DNA from: Desulfatiglandales bacterium | GTDB taxonomy: Bacteria > Desulfobacterota > DSM-4660 > Desulfatiglandales > Desulfatiglandaceae | Assembly (NCBI GenBank): GCA_963662465.1 | Contig: OY759599.1 | Span: 2,560,001-2,624,000 of the forward strand | Reading direction: 5' to 3' | Length of the DNA: 64,000 nucleotides | Part shown: positions 1 to 10,157 of the stretch, piece by piece | How positions within the stretch are numbered: the first letter of the stretch is position 1 | Layout: each line of letters starts with the position of its first letter | Program-made: the position numbers and the translations under genes | The notes under the pieces: generated by a model | Database searches by the model: none | Told to the model about the DNA's origin: nothing | Seen by the model: the letters and a program-made list of their open reading frames with translations, nothing else

Positions 1-530
1 GCATTGAAATTGATATCGTCAACGGCGCCCGCCACTTGAGCATCCAATGACGATGAATTGGATGACAGCGCATTGTGTACTTGTTGGAATTGATAGGTCA
101 GGTCCTCGCTCTTCCCCAAAAGCATCACTCTCTGGACCTGTCCTGATGGATCATTGGCCAAATCCTGCCATGCATTCCAGAATTCCCCCATGACCTCATT
201 CAACCCTTTGCCCGCCGCCTCATTAAATACGATTTCCGTCATATCGAGGGCATTCTTCCGAGCCTCCCACCTTCCCAGATCCTGCTCTTCCTGGTTAATC
301 TGGGCACCCAGAAAGCTGTCATAGACTCTCTCAATTCCTTTTGCTTCAACCCCCGTGCCCATGGAACCGGCGGAAGACGGGATCGGAATTGCCGTAGTCA
401 GGTTAAGTCTCTGGCGGGTATAGCCCGGGGTATTGACGTTTGTGATATTCTGCCCAGTGACCTCTATACCCTTTTGCTGAGCCAAAATGGCGCTTTTTCC
501 AGCATGTAATATCCCGAAAACAGACGACAT
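1..530 (-). CDS. flgK: Flagellar hook-associated protein FlgK, 5' part (runs off window start)
   Basis: Not in the ORF track. Manual translation from ATG 530 (SD GAGGGGG) gives MSSVFGILHAGKSAILAQQKGIEVTGQNITNVNTPGYTRQR...GTGV...R.YDSFL...FWNAWQDLANDP, the FlgK N-terminal signature. Confidence 0.92.
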   Translation of the reverse strand, partial: MSSVFGILHAGKSAILAQQKGIEVTGQNITNVNTPGYTRQRLNLTTAIPIPSSAGSMGTGVEAKGIERVYDSFLGAQINQEEQDLGRWEARKNALDMTEIVFNEAAGKGLNEVMGEFWNAWQDLANDPSGQVQRVMLLGKSEDLTYQFQQVHNALSSNSSSLDAQVAGAVDDINFN

Positions 531-555
531 GATGTATCCCCCTCACTATCGTGTC

Positions 556-1608
<1,053 letters not shown>

Positions 1609-1621
1609 TCAACGATCCGGA

Positions 1622-2110
1622 TCACAACAGATTAAGCGTTTCGGAAATATCCCCATCTAAAAACAGAAATAGATGACAAGGTTCGTCTTCAATGGACAAT
1701 TTCGCCGCCGCCGTCGGTTCTCCGCTTAAATCCTTTTCCGCGATCTCGTCATCCGTAACAGCCTCCGGCGCGTCAATGTCAAAAACAGCTTCCTTTCCGC
1801 CGATCGCAGGCAACAAATTTCCGCAAATAACATTAATCGTTTCTCTGAGCGCGTCGACCTGGTCATCAGACGTAATCTCCTCCCCATCGTCAATCCCCAG
1901 CATGTTTTCCGTCAGCTCCTGAGCCACTTGCCCGGAAACCGCCATGGCCAGTCGCCCTGAAAATGGTCCTCGAAAGCATACTTGGGTAACAACCATTGGA
2001 TCACCGGACCCGCCGATCTCTTCATCATCCGGGAAACCGAACATAAAAGCCAGACCTTCAAAGGTCTCCACTGCTACACGAGTCAGGATTTCATTAATTT
2101 TGTCATTCAT
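1622..2110 (-). CDS. cheX: CheX-family chemotaxis phosphatase
   Basis: Likely start MNDKINEIL at 2110, overlapping the cheY stop (ATGAATGA). DALRETINVICGN ExxN motif and F.G.FSG.L strand. Confidence 0.8.
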   Translation of the reverse strand: MNDKINEILTRVAVETFEGLAFMFGFPDDEEIGGSGDPMVVTQVCFRGPFSGRLAMAVSGQVAQELTENMLGIDDGEEITSDDQVDALRETINVICGNLLPAIGGKEAVFDIDAPEAVTDDEIAEKDLSGEPTAAAKLSIEDEPCHLFLFLDGDISETLNLL

Positions 2111-2492
2111 CAGCGGCCCCCAGTTTGAGTAAGTTTCTGATGGTATCGCGAATGGTTTCAGCTTCAAAAGGCTTGTGAATAAAAACAGCGCCTTTTTCCG
2201 CCAACCGATTGATGCGTGTTTGACTTCCTTCCGTAGAGACGACAACCACCGGAAGATCCTGCATCTCAGGATTTTTCCGCAACCGATCAATCATTTCTTC
2301 ACCGTTCATCACCGGCATATTAATATCCACAATTGCCAGATCTATCCAGTTTTGTTCGAGCGCTTCCAGGCCTTCCCGGCCATTTCCGGCCTGGAATACT
2401 TCTCCCATGGAAATCCCGGTCATCTGCAACGTTTTGAGTATCATGGTCCGCATGATTTTGCTGTCGTCGACAATAAGAATATTGATTGCCAC
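2103..2492 (-). CDS. cheY: Single-domain response regulator, CheY-like
   Basis: 129 aa; ILIVDDS, DINMPVMNG, STE and KPF motifs; lies within the che operon. Confidence 0.85.
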   Translation of the reverse strand: MAINILIVDDSKIMRTMILKTLQMTGISMGEVFQAGNGREGLEALEQNWIDLAIVDINMPVMNGEEMIDRLRKNPEMQDLPVVVVSTEGSQTRINRLAEKGAVFIHKPFEAETIRDTIRNLLKLGAADE

Positions 2493-2543
2493 TTTAAATA
2501 CCCCTTACTTGTAATAAATTTGGAATCACGACTATAACAGGCC

Positions 2544-3389
2544 CTATTCAAAAATATCGGAAAGTTCATCGGCCCACTGCAGCGTCCGGCTGGCCACAAG
2601 TTCAAGTTGTTTTGGCTTGAGTCCCAGCCGCCGGGTGGCCAAGGCGGAAGGTTCATAATGCAAACCTTCCACGCCTGTACCAATCCCCAGCATCAGACAA
2701 AGGACATTGGCCACATGGACAATATCAATTAATGAACTCGTTTCATCCGCCGAATCCGGTTCGTGATGCCACCGAACCGCCCCCACAAGCCTTGGGGGGA
2801 AAGACCATGCTTCCAGCAACCGCGCTCCGATTTCAGCGTGGTCGGTTCCAAGAACCTCCCTTTCGGCCATCTGAAAGGGAATTCCTTTTGCGGCAATAGA
2901 GCGAATGGTTTCCAGATCCTCCGCCACAAATTCACCCAGAACCAGCTTTCCCAGATCATGCAGGAGAGCAGCGGTAAATATTTCATCATCCACTTTTAGG
3001 CCCAATTCCTGCATCAAGCCTTCCGAGGTAACCGACACGGCAACCGAGTGCCGCCACAGTTCCCCGGGCGGCAAATCGTAGCCTGGAACGGTTTTATCGA
3101 TGACGGCATTCACGCACGTGGTCAAAACAATCTTGGTGAGTCTCTTCCAGCCCAGCAAAAGGACAGCCTGCTTAACGGAACCGACCTTGGAAGGCAAACC
3201 AAAATAAGCTGAATTTGTCAACTTCAGGATATTGGCCGTAAGGCCGGGATCAAGGCGCAATGTCTTTTGAACCTCATCCGCACTGGAATCCGGGTCATCA
3301 AGAAGTTTGAGAACCTTGGCCGCGACGCCCGATATACTGGGAAATGATTCAATCTTCGAGATAATTCTGGATTTTTGCTCCTGGCTCAT
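2544..3389 (-). CDS. HDOD domain protein
   Basis: DPGLTANILKLTNSAYFG, LWRHS, ALLHDLGK, DHAEIG, WHHEP motifs. Start MSQEQ at 3389 overlaps the cheD stop. Confidence 0.9.
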   Translation of the reverse strand: MSQEQKSRIISKIESFPSISGVAAKVLKLLDDPDSSADEVQKTLRLDPGLTANILKLTNSAYFGLPSKVGSVKQAVLLLGWKRLTKIVLTTCVNAVIDKTVPGYDLPPGELWRHSVAVSVTSEGLMQELGLKVDDEIFTAALLHDLGKLVLGEFVAEDLETIRSIAAKGIPFQMAEREVLGTDHAEIGARLLEAWSFPPRLVGAVRWHHEPDSADETSSLIDIVHVANVLCLMLGIGTGVEGLHYEPSALATRRLGLKPKQLELVASRTLQWADELSDIFE

Positions 3390-3859
3390 AGCTCCCACTC
3401 CCGCTGCCCGTTTTTGATGGTTGTCCGACCTGTCTTCATAACAAAATGAACCGTCCGGCTATGGGTTCCCCCCACATCATCGGCTTCCAGAAGTACTTTG
3501 TTTTTCCACAGGATTTTTTTTAATACCGTATAGTTTCGCTGCCCGATCTTGAAGATCTCATTGTCTCCCATGGGAGAACCGCAACCGGCCGCTTTGACCA
3601 GCAATCTCTTCTTTTCGCCGCCCAATTTGTACACTTCCTTAAACAAGCTTGGAACCCCCGTATCCACAAACATGAACGGATTGGCCCTGGCTTTCTCCGG
3701 ATTAATCTTGGATAGGGGCAACATGGCATGGAGCAGTCCACCCACTTGCGCCACCGGATCATAGATCATAAGACCGAGACAACTGCCCAGGGCATGTGTC
3801 ACAAGCACGTCTGCTCTTACACCAACCTTCATATCGCCTACTTGAATAATGTGTTTCAT
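3386..3859 (-). CDS. cheD: Chemoreceptor glutamine deamidase CheD
   Basis: LGSC, H.MLP, FVDTG, IGQRN and DVGG...R motifs. Confidence 0.95.
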   Translation of the reverse strand: MKHIIQVGDMKVGVRADVLVTHALGSCLGLMIYDPVAQVGGLLHAMLPLSKINPEKARANPFMFVDTGVPSLFKEVYKLGGEKKRLLVKAAGCGSPMGDNEIFKIGQRNYTVLKKILWKNKVLLEADDVGGTHSRTVHFVMKTGRTTIKNGQREWEL

Positions 3860-3887
3860 CTAATTTATCCCGGAAAATGATGGATAT

Positions 3888-4724
3888 TCATCTTTTATAG
3901 ACCGCCGGCCGCTGATATCGGAACTTGTGTTTGATGGCCGACAACCCCTCGGAATGACCCACAAAAAGGTGACCTCCCGGTTCGAGAAGATCCCAAAAAC
4001 GGTTAACCAGCTTGTGCTGGGTCTGCGTATCAAAATAGATCATGACATTGCGGCAAAAAATAGCATCAAAAGGACCTTTCATGGGCCAGGGTTCCATCAG
4101 GTTCAATAAAGCAGGCCGGACCATTTTTTTGGCCGCGGGACCAACTTGATAAGTTCGGGCGCCCGGTGTCGATATCTTGACAAAATATTTGTTTAAAAAA
4201 GATCTTGGAAGCGCGGCGAGCTTTTCCTCCGAATAGGTGGCGGCCTGGGTCTGCTTGAGCATACTGGTGGATATGTCAGTCGCCAGAATCAACGCATCCC
4301 TTGATCCAACATCAGGGATGGAATCCAGCAGCAGCATCGCCAGAGAGAAAGGTTCCTCCCCGGAAGAACAACCTGCACTCCAGAATCTTATTCTGCGGTT
4401 CTTCAAATCCGGCAAAACCTTTTCACGTAGAAAATGGAAATGATCAATTTCTCGAAAAAAGCTGGTCTTGTTGGTGGTAATGACATCGATCATACAGCTC
4501 AATTCCATTCCTTTGCCATCATTTTCGAGGTACGCAATATACTCCCCAAAGCTCTTCATTCCCAACGCCCGCAAGCGTTTGGTGAGACGGGCCCTCACCA
4601 GGGCTTCTTTGCCGCTTTTCAAAGATATCCCGCATTCCCGGTAAACCAGGTTTTTCACCTTTTTGAACTGTGCATCCGTCAGGTCGCTTGTCGCGGAAAA
4701 CATGTGCTGATGATTCTCCTTCAT
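3888..4724 (-). CDS. cheR: Chemotaxis methyltransferase CheR
   Basis: TTNKTSFFRE, WSAGCSSGEEPFS, ATDIS, FCRNVMIYFD, GHSE motifs. Confidence 0.97.
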   Translation of the reverse strand: MKENHQHMFSATSDLTDAQFKKVKNLVYRECGISLKSGKEALVRARLTKRLRALGMKSFGEYIAYLENDGKGMELSCMIDVITTNKTSFFREIDHFHFLREKVLPDLKNRRIRFWSAGCSSGEEPFSLAMLLLDSIPDVGSRDALILATDISTSMLKQTQAATYSEEKLAALPRSFLNKYFVKISTPGARTYQVGPAAKKMVRPALLNLMEPWPMKGPFDAIFCRNVMIYFDTQTQHKLVNRFWDLLEPGGHLFVGHSEGLSAIKHKFRYQRPAVYKR

Positions 4725-7264
4725 TTTTCTCCATTATCTGAATTGGCAAGTTGCATAATCCCCCCCACATCCAGAATCAAGCCCACTTGACCGTTGGGCA
4801 TGATGGCGCCTCCGGAAATGCCCGGGATATCCCGCATGGCATTGGCATCTCCCAGGGTCTTAATGACGATTTGTTGCCTGCCGATCAATTCATCGATCAC
4901 CAAACCCGCCTGCCGCTTGTTGTCGTCTTCCACCACCACAACCAGCTGTTTATCCAGGTTTTCATCATCATGTTCAAGGGAAAAGAGCTTGTGCAACCGA
5001 AAAATGGGAATGAGCTGCCCCCGCAGGGAAAGCATTTCGCCCTTATTGAGGACGGTGGTAATCGATTTGGGTTCGGGTTTTATGGATTTGACGATTGAAC
5101 CCGTCGGAATAATATAGGCCTCCCTGTTGACGCGAAGCGCCATCCCGTCGATAATGGCAAGGGTTAGGGGAAGGCGCATTTTAAATACACTCCCCTTGCC
5201 CAATTCCGATTGAATCTCCACCTGCCCTCGAATGGATTCAATGTTCTTCTTCACCACGTCCATACCGACGCCCCGGCCGGACACATCGGTTACAGCATCC
5301 GCCGTTGAAAACCCCGGTTCAAAAATCAGATTGAACACCTCGCGGTCATTAAGGGCTGACCCATCGGAGACAAGACCTCTTTCCCTGGCCTTGGCAAGGA
5401 TCACATCCCGTGAAATTCCCTTCCCATCATCCTCGATCTCCACCACCACAGAGCCTGCCGCATGGTAAGCGGACAGCTTAACCGTTCCGGGTCCCGGCTT
5501 GCCCGCCGCCTCTCTGACGTCGGAAGTCTCAATGCCATGATCCACGGCATTGCGAACCATATGCATCAGGGGGTCATTGATAACATCCACCATGTTCCGG
5601 TCTATTTCCGTGTCTTCCCCATGGGTCTCCAGGGTTACGGTTTTACCCACTTTACGAGACACATCGCGTACGAGCCGGGTCATCTTCTTGAAGGTTCCTT
5701 TTAAAGGGATCATCCGCATGGACATGCCCAGGTCCTGCAGCTCTCGCACAATTTTTCCCGTTTGATTGACCTTCTTAAGGAGCTGATGCCGGCTGCCGCT
5801 GACCACAACCTCGTCCTGGGCCACCATGGATTGAGCGATCACCAATTCGCCGACCATGTCGACGAGTCGATCCAACCTGCCGGTACTCACCCTGACCGAC
5901 GACTCGAATACCTGTTTTCCCTTCATCCGTTCCTGGGTTCGAAGCCCCTGAGCAACCGCCTCTACCGTAGCGGTCTTGGTCTTGACCATCTCAACGCCGA
6001 TGGGCTTGCCGGATTTCCCCCCAGCCAGCGCCTCCACCTTTTCCCGGTCCGCTTTACCCCCAGCCACCAGGATATCGCCCAACCGGGGTGTGACGGCTTC
6101 TTCCATGCCACTTTCATCGGATATGCCGGCGCCTTCCGGGTCACGCAACAGATCCATCAGGTCTTCGTAGCCTTCCGGTCTCAAAAACGGAGCGCCGCCC
6201 AAAGCGTCCTGAACATTGGTAATCATCTGTTTGATCATGTCCAGCGCACGAAGCGCCAGGTCCGCGTACCCCCCGGCATAACGGATTTCCTTGTCTCGAA
6301 CCCGGCTCAGGAGGGATTCCGCATGGTGCGCCATTTCCGATATGGAGGTCAATTCAAGAAAGGCGGATACGCCCTTAACGGTGTGAAAAGCCCTGAAAAC
6401 GGTCCCTACGGCCTCCCCATCTTCCGGATCGGTCTCAAGGGTCAGAAGCGCCTCTTCGGCGTCGGAAATCAAATCCCCACTTTCGGACACAAACTCCGAG
6501 ATTAAATCAAGATCCGCATCCTCAGGCAGACATTCCGAATAAATGACTTCCTCACGGATTTCTTCCGTCTGTCCCAAATCCGATATTCCTGAAACTTCGG
6601 CGATTTCCTTTTCAGAATTGACATCTTCCTCATCCATCGCATGGATAGCTTCCTCCAATAGTTCACCAATTTCCTTAGTGGCATGGTCCGGATCTGAGAC
6701 TGTGGACAAAAGCATCTCATCTATCTTCCTTAAAGCCTCACCGAGTTTTTCTTTGGAAATATGGGAACAGCCGCCATCGGAAACAATGGCCTCCAAAATG
6801 CCTTTCAGGCGAAACAGCTCATCGGCGTCGTCGGGTTCCAGAAGAACCAAGAGGGCCGCGGCATCATTGAGGGTCACAGCCACCTGAACACCGGCCTCTA
6901 ATTCGCCCCCATTGTGAAAATCGTCGGAAAGGCTGTTTAAAACCTTTGCCAGTTCCCGACCCGGCTTCGCCATAAGGTCCTCCACATCCGAATCCCCGGT
7001 AAGGCATTCCTGAAAGCCGTAAAGGCACTCGGAAATAGCATCAACCAACAACAAAGGACTCGTTACGGATTTTTCCGAAAGGCGTCTTATGCCTTCCAGG
7101 CAAAGGGTTAACGGTTCCACCACCAAGGGGATCTCAACACCCATCCGAGAGACCAAGTCCTCCAAATCGGCCTGAATTCCATTCCAGGCATCGCCATCGT
7201 TTAAGTTGACCGTTTCTATGCCGTCAATAATCTTTTCCAAAGTCTCCATGTTTTTCTCTTCCAT
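4721..7264 (-). CDS. cheA: Chemotaxis histidine kinase CheA with extended N-terminus
   Basis: HPt FRAFHTVKG, dimerisation RLDRLVDMVGELV, HATPase HMVRNAVDHGIE...GRGVGMDVV, C-terminal CheW-like domain. Confidence 0.97.
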   Translation of the reverse strand: MEEKNMETLEKIIDGIETVNLNDGDAWNGIQADLEDLVSRMGVEIPLVVEPLTLCLEGIRRLSEKSVTSPLLLVDAISECLYGFQECLTGDSDVEDLMAKPGRELAKVLNSLSDDFHNGGELEAGVQVAVTLNDAAALLVLLEPDDADELFRLKGILEAIVSDGGCSHISKEKLGEALRKIDEMLLSTVSDPDHATKEIGELLEEAIHAMDEEDVNSEKEIAEVSGISDLGQTEEIREEVIYSECLPEDADLDLISEFVSESGDLISDAEEALLTLETDPEDGEAVGTVFRAFHTVKGVSAFLELTSISEMAHHAESLLSRVRDKEIRYAGGYADLALRALDMIKQMITNVQDALGGAPFLRPEGYEDLMDLLRDPEGAGISDESGMEEAVTPRLGDILVAGGKADREKVEALAGGKSGKPIGVEMVKTKTATVEAVAQGLRTQERMKGKQVFESSVRVSTGRLDRLVDMVGELVIAQSMVAQDEVVVSGSRHQLLKKVNQTGKIVRELQDLGMSMRMIPLKGTFKKMTRLVRDVSRKVGKTVTLETHGEDTEIDRNMVDVINDPLMHMVRNAVDHGIETSDVREAAGKPGPGTVKLSAYHAAGSVVVEIEDDGKGISRDVILAKARERGLVSDGSALNDREVFNLIFEPGFSTADAVTDVSGRGVGMDVVKKNIESIRGQVEIQSELGKGSVFKMRLPLTLAIIDGMALRVNREAYIIPTGSIVKSIKPEPKSITTVLNKGEMLSLRGQLIPIFRLHKLFSLEHDDENLDKQLVVVVEDDNKRQAGLVIDELIGRQQIVIKTLGDANAMRDIPGISGGAIMPNGQVGLILDVGGIMQLANSDNGEK

Positions 7265-7342
7265 TAAGTCCGTTCAGCGCCTTTTCTATGGTTTATTTGC
7301 TGAGTAGTTGCGATCAAAAAGCCCGCCCCGTGCTGTAGATAG

Positions 7343-7358
7343 TGCAACATATGTGCCG
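7343..7358 (-). promoter_or_regulatory. Sigma54 -24/-12 promoter upstream of cheA
   Basis: Minus strand CGGCAC-ATATG-TTGCA (GG-N10-GC). Confidence 0.75.
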
Positions 7359-7430
7359 TCTTTTGCAACCGTTTTCAAGGACAAACAAACAGAATTATCC
7401 GATTTTTATCAGTGAGGGGAGAAGAAAGGC

Positions 7431-7444
7431 GTCAATTTGATGAC
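7431..7444. promoter_or_regulatory. Candidate FleQ/FlrA-type enhancer box
   Basis: GTCA-ATTTGA-TGAC palindrome about 75 bp upstream of the sigma54 site. Same motif at 29572 and 51392. Confidence 0.55.
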
Positions 7445-7505
7445 GCCAAGAAAAGGTCGGGTTGCTTTTCAGTGGGTGGGCGGGTCGATACAAAAATGGA
7501 ATCCC

Positions 7506-7604
7506 TATATTGCTTGAAATGATTCTGCCACCCTGACTTTTTAACTTAAAACTTAAAACCTAAAACTGCCTATATATTGCTTGAAATGATTCTGCCGCCC
7601 TGAC
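7506..7604. repeat. 32-bp direct duplication of the flgN 3' end flanking an (ACTTAAA)n heptamer tract
   Basis: 7506-7537 vs 7573-7604 are 31/32 identical; the spacer contains TTAACTTAAAACTTAAAACCTAAAAC. Confidence 0.9.
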
Positions 7605-8076
7605 CCCTCATCTGCATTCTGCCCGAGCTGTGATAAACCGCGGCGGGCGCCGCCAGGTGACTCAAAAAAGCATAAGAGCCGGCAATCAGTTCAAGCGCAT
7701 GCCTGAGCAACGACTGGTTGAAACGATTCATCTTGCGAATTCGTCCGGTCAGAGCCAAAAGCGCATCACAGGCCGCCTTCAACCTGGCAGCATAGGGATC
7801 CTGTACGTATTGCGCTAACCCGGATAGGGTCAGACCCCGGCAGGGAACTTCCAATATCCCCGCCAGATCTTTGATTACGATGATGCGTTGTTCTTCCAAC
7901 CGTCGGATCTTCAGCATCAATGCCTCTTTGAGTTGACCTGTTTCGCTGAGACCCTTCATATCAGCCGCAATAATTCCACCCCTCTCCTCGTTTAGAACCC
8001 CCTGAAAGGATTCGTATAAAAACGCTTCCTCCTTGATAAAGCTCAGAAGATTCTCAAGCAAAACTTCTTTTTTCAT
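7570..8076 (-). CDS. flgN: Flagellar export chaperone FlgN
   Basis: Helical ~168 aa protein ending N..N..LL...Y...G, directly after flgM. Likely start MKKEVLL at 8076. Confidence 0.8.
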   Translation of the reverse strand: MKKEVLLENLLSFIKEEAFLYESFQGVLNEERGGIIAADMKGLSETGQLKEALMLKIRRLEEQRIIVIKDLAGILEVPCRGLTLSGLAQYVQDPYAARLKAACDALLALTGRIRKMNRFNQSLLRHALELIAGSYAFLSHLAAPAAVYHSSGRMQMRGQGGRIISSNI

Positions 8077-8107
8077 AGCCGGCACCCATGCCATACAGCT
8101 TAAAATT

Positions 8108-8419
8108 CTACACAAACTGGTTTATAAGAGATTCCGTTACCATCTTTTCCGCTATTTTTTCGCTGTCTATTTGATAGGTCCCGTCCTCAATCTGTTTCCT
8201 GATTTTAGCCACCTTTTCTTCCCGTATGTCCGGAATGGTCCCCAAAATTCTTTTTGCCTCTTGCATTTCTTTAGCCTTGGGGGACAACTCAACCCTGTCC
8301 CCTGAAAAGACTTCACCGGAAGACGAATTGGATGCGGCATCGGCTCCAGACTTGTCCCCGCGGACCTGCCTGACATAGCTATTGATTTTGGCAAATGGAT
8401 TGCCGCCGGTAATTTCCAT
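8108..8419 (-). CDS. flgM: Anti-sigma28 factor FlgM
   Basis: DRVELS...PDIREEKVAKIRKQIEDGTYQIDSEKIAEKM. Confidence 0.95.
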   Translation of the reverse strand: MEITGGNPFAKINSYVRQVRGDKSGADAASNSSSGEVFSGDRVELSPKAKEMQEAKRILGTIPDIREEKVAKIRKQIEDGTYQIDSEKIAEKMVTESLINQFV

Positions 8420-8486
8420 TTTTCAACCTCCTTTTCACCTGGATAACAGACAGTTCCCAGGTAAAATTAAAATACCCTTGCATTTC

Positions 8487-8513
8487 TTATCGGCATCCAC
8501 GAAAAAAACTTAA
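8487..8513 (-). promoter_or_regulatory. Sigma28 (FliA) promoter upstream of flgM
   Basis: Minus strand TTAA-N15-GCCGATAA. Confidence 0.85.
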
Positions 8514-8523
8514 ATCTTTTTAT

Positions 8524-8898
8524 TTATTTTTTTTCATCCGGTCCATGGGCAAAGGATTCTTTTTTTCCCATACTTTCGAGAAGGAGGGGCGAAAGCCCGA
8601 TTCCGCGTTCAGCAGCCAGCTCTTTTGCCAGTTGAGAATCCAGCATGGAGGTATAAATTTCTTCCCCCTGTCCTCCGCTGATAAGGCCGTCCTTGGGTAT
8701 CGTGGCGCGCATCTCTTTTAAAAGGTAGAAAATAAAAAGAGACTCCATTTCAGCGCAAGCCTTCTTAATACCGGAATCATCATTGTTGTCCCCGGACTGC
8801 TTTCCGGCATCAACCTGACGAGAAATATTTTCCATTCTGTTGGCCAAATCAATGGATTGATACGGCATTGCCGGTAAATTCATGGCACCCATCATCAC
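8524..8898 (-). CDS. flgJ: Short FlgJ (rod-binding domain only, no muramidase)
   Basis: ACAEMESLF...LLKEMRAT...YTSMLD.QLA...GIGL; follows flgI. Confidence 0.85.
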   Translation of the reverse strand: MMMGAMNLPAMPYQSIDLANRMENISRQVDAGKQSGDNNDDSGIKKACAEMESLFIFYLLKEMRATIPKDGLISGGQGEEIYTSMLDSQLAKELAAERGIGLSPLLLESMGKKESFAHGPDEKK

Positions 8899-10094
8899 AT
8901 CACCTCCAGTTTTGCCTGCAATGCCCCCGCCGCCTTAAGGGCTTGAAATATGGTCATCAGATCCCTGGGCGTTACACCAAGGGCATTCAACGCCCTGACC
9001 ACCTGGGAGATGGTCACCCCGGACTTCAACAGCATCAGTCTGGCATTCTCTTCTTTGACGTTAATGTTCGTATCATTGGTCACCACCGTATTGCCCCCCG
9101 GAGCCACGATCGTGCCGTTATTTCCCATTTGCCGGGGGGGCGGCTGTCCACCCCCGTCACCACCGCCGGGCCATCCCACACTCTGATTATTGGAGAAGGG
9201 CATGGGCTGACTCACGTTGGCGGTTTCCTTGATTTCGATACTCAGGTTGCCATGGGCAATGGCCACGGTGGAAATCCTCACATTTTCACCGATCACAACC
9301 GTTCCGGTCCGTTCATTGATTACTACTTTCGACGATTGGTCAGGGGTAATTTCCAATTGCTCAATCATGGCCACCAAACCCACCGTGTTGCCGCGATACG
9401 CCTTTGGAACTACCACCTCGATGGCGCCGGCATCCATGGTTCTCGCCATGGAACCATTGAGAGCGGTATTAATCGCTTCCGCCACACGAGAAGCGTTGGT
9501 AAAATCAGGATTTGGAAGAATCAGAGATAAGGTCCCTTTCCGGGTGAAATCATTCCGGATCTCCTTTTCAATGGTGGCCCCTCCCACCACCCGACCCACC
9601 GTAGGGAAATTCTTGGTCACCTTGGCCGCACTGCCCGAGATGGAATACCCACCGGTGGTCACAGGTCCCTGAGCCGCGGCGTAAACCTTTCCATCAGCCG
9701 CCCTGAGGGGCGTCACCAGGAGCGTGCCGCCGGTCAGGCTTTCCGCGTCTCCAATCGAACTGACGGTAACATCCATCTGGGTCCCCACCTTTGCGAAGGC
9801 GGGCAGATCGGCCGTCACCATGACAGCAGCCACATTCTGCACCTTTTGAATCTTTTTGGGATCGACCGTTACTCCCATCCTTTCAAGCAAACTTGCCAGA
9901 GACTGAAATGTAAACTTTGAATCCTTACCATCGCCTGTTCCATCAAGACCCACAATCAACCCATATCCCACCAGCTGATTCTTCCGCACCCCCTTAATTT
10001 CAGCCAGATCCTTGAGGCGGATGGCGCCGGCATAATCGGTCATAAGACACAGCACACATACGAACATCAAGCCCATCACCGCAACTTTTCTCAT
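8895..10094 (-). CDS. flgI: Flagellar P-ring protein FlgI
   Basis: RLKDL..I.GVR.NQLVGYGL, NVAAVMVTA, VVINERTGTVVIG, LK.AGALQA motifs. Confidence 0.97.
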   Translation of the reverse strand: MRKVAVMGLMFVCVLCLMTDYAGAIRLKDLAEIKGVRKNQLVGYGLIVGLDGTGDGKDSKFTFQSLASLLERMGVTVDPKKIQKVQNVAAVMVTADLPAFAKVGTQMDVTVSSIGDAESLTGGTLLVTPLRAADGKVYAAAQGPVTTGGYSISGSAAKVTKNFPTVGRVVGGATIEKEIRNDFTRKGTLSLILPNPDFTNASRVAEAINTALNGSMARTMDAGAIEVVVPKAYRGNTVGLVAMIEQLEITPDQSSKVVINERTGTVVIGENVRISTVAIAHGNLSIEIKETANVSQPMPFSNNQSVGWPGGGDGGGQPPPRQMGNNGTIVAPGGNTVVTNDTNINVKEENARLMLLKSGVTISQVVRALNALGVTPRDLMTIFQALKAAGALQAKLEVM

Positions 10095-10157
10095 TTTTTT
10101 CTCCTGAGCGTCCGCACCGTAACCCGATAACGGTAGACCGTAAACAATTCCCTTTAT

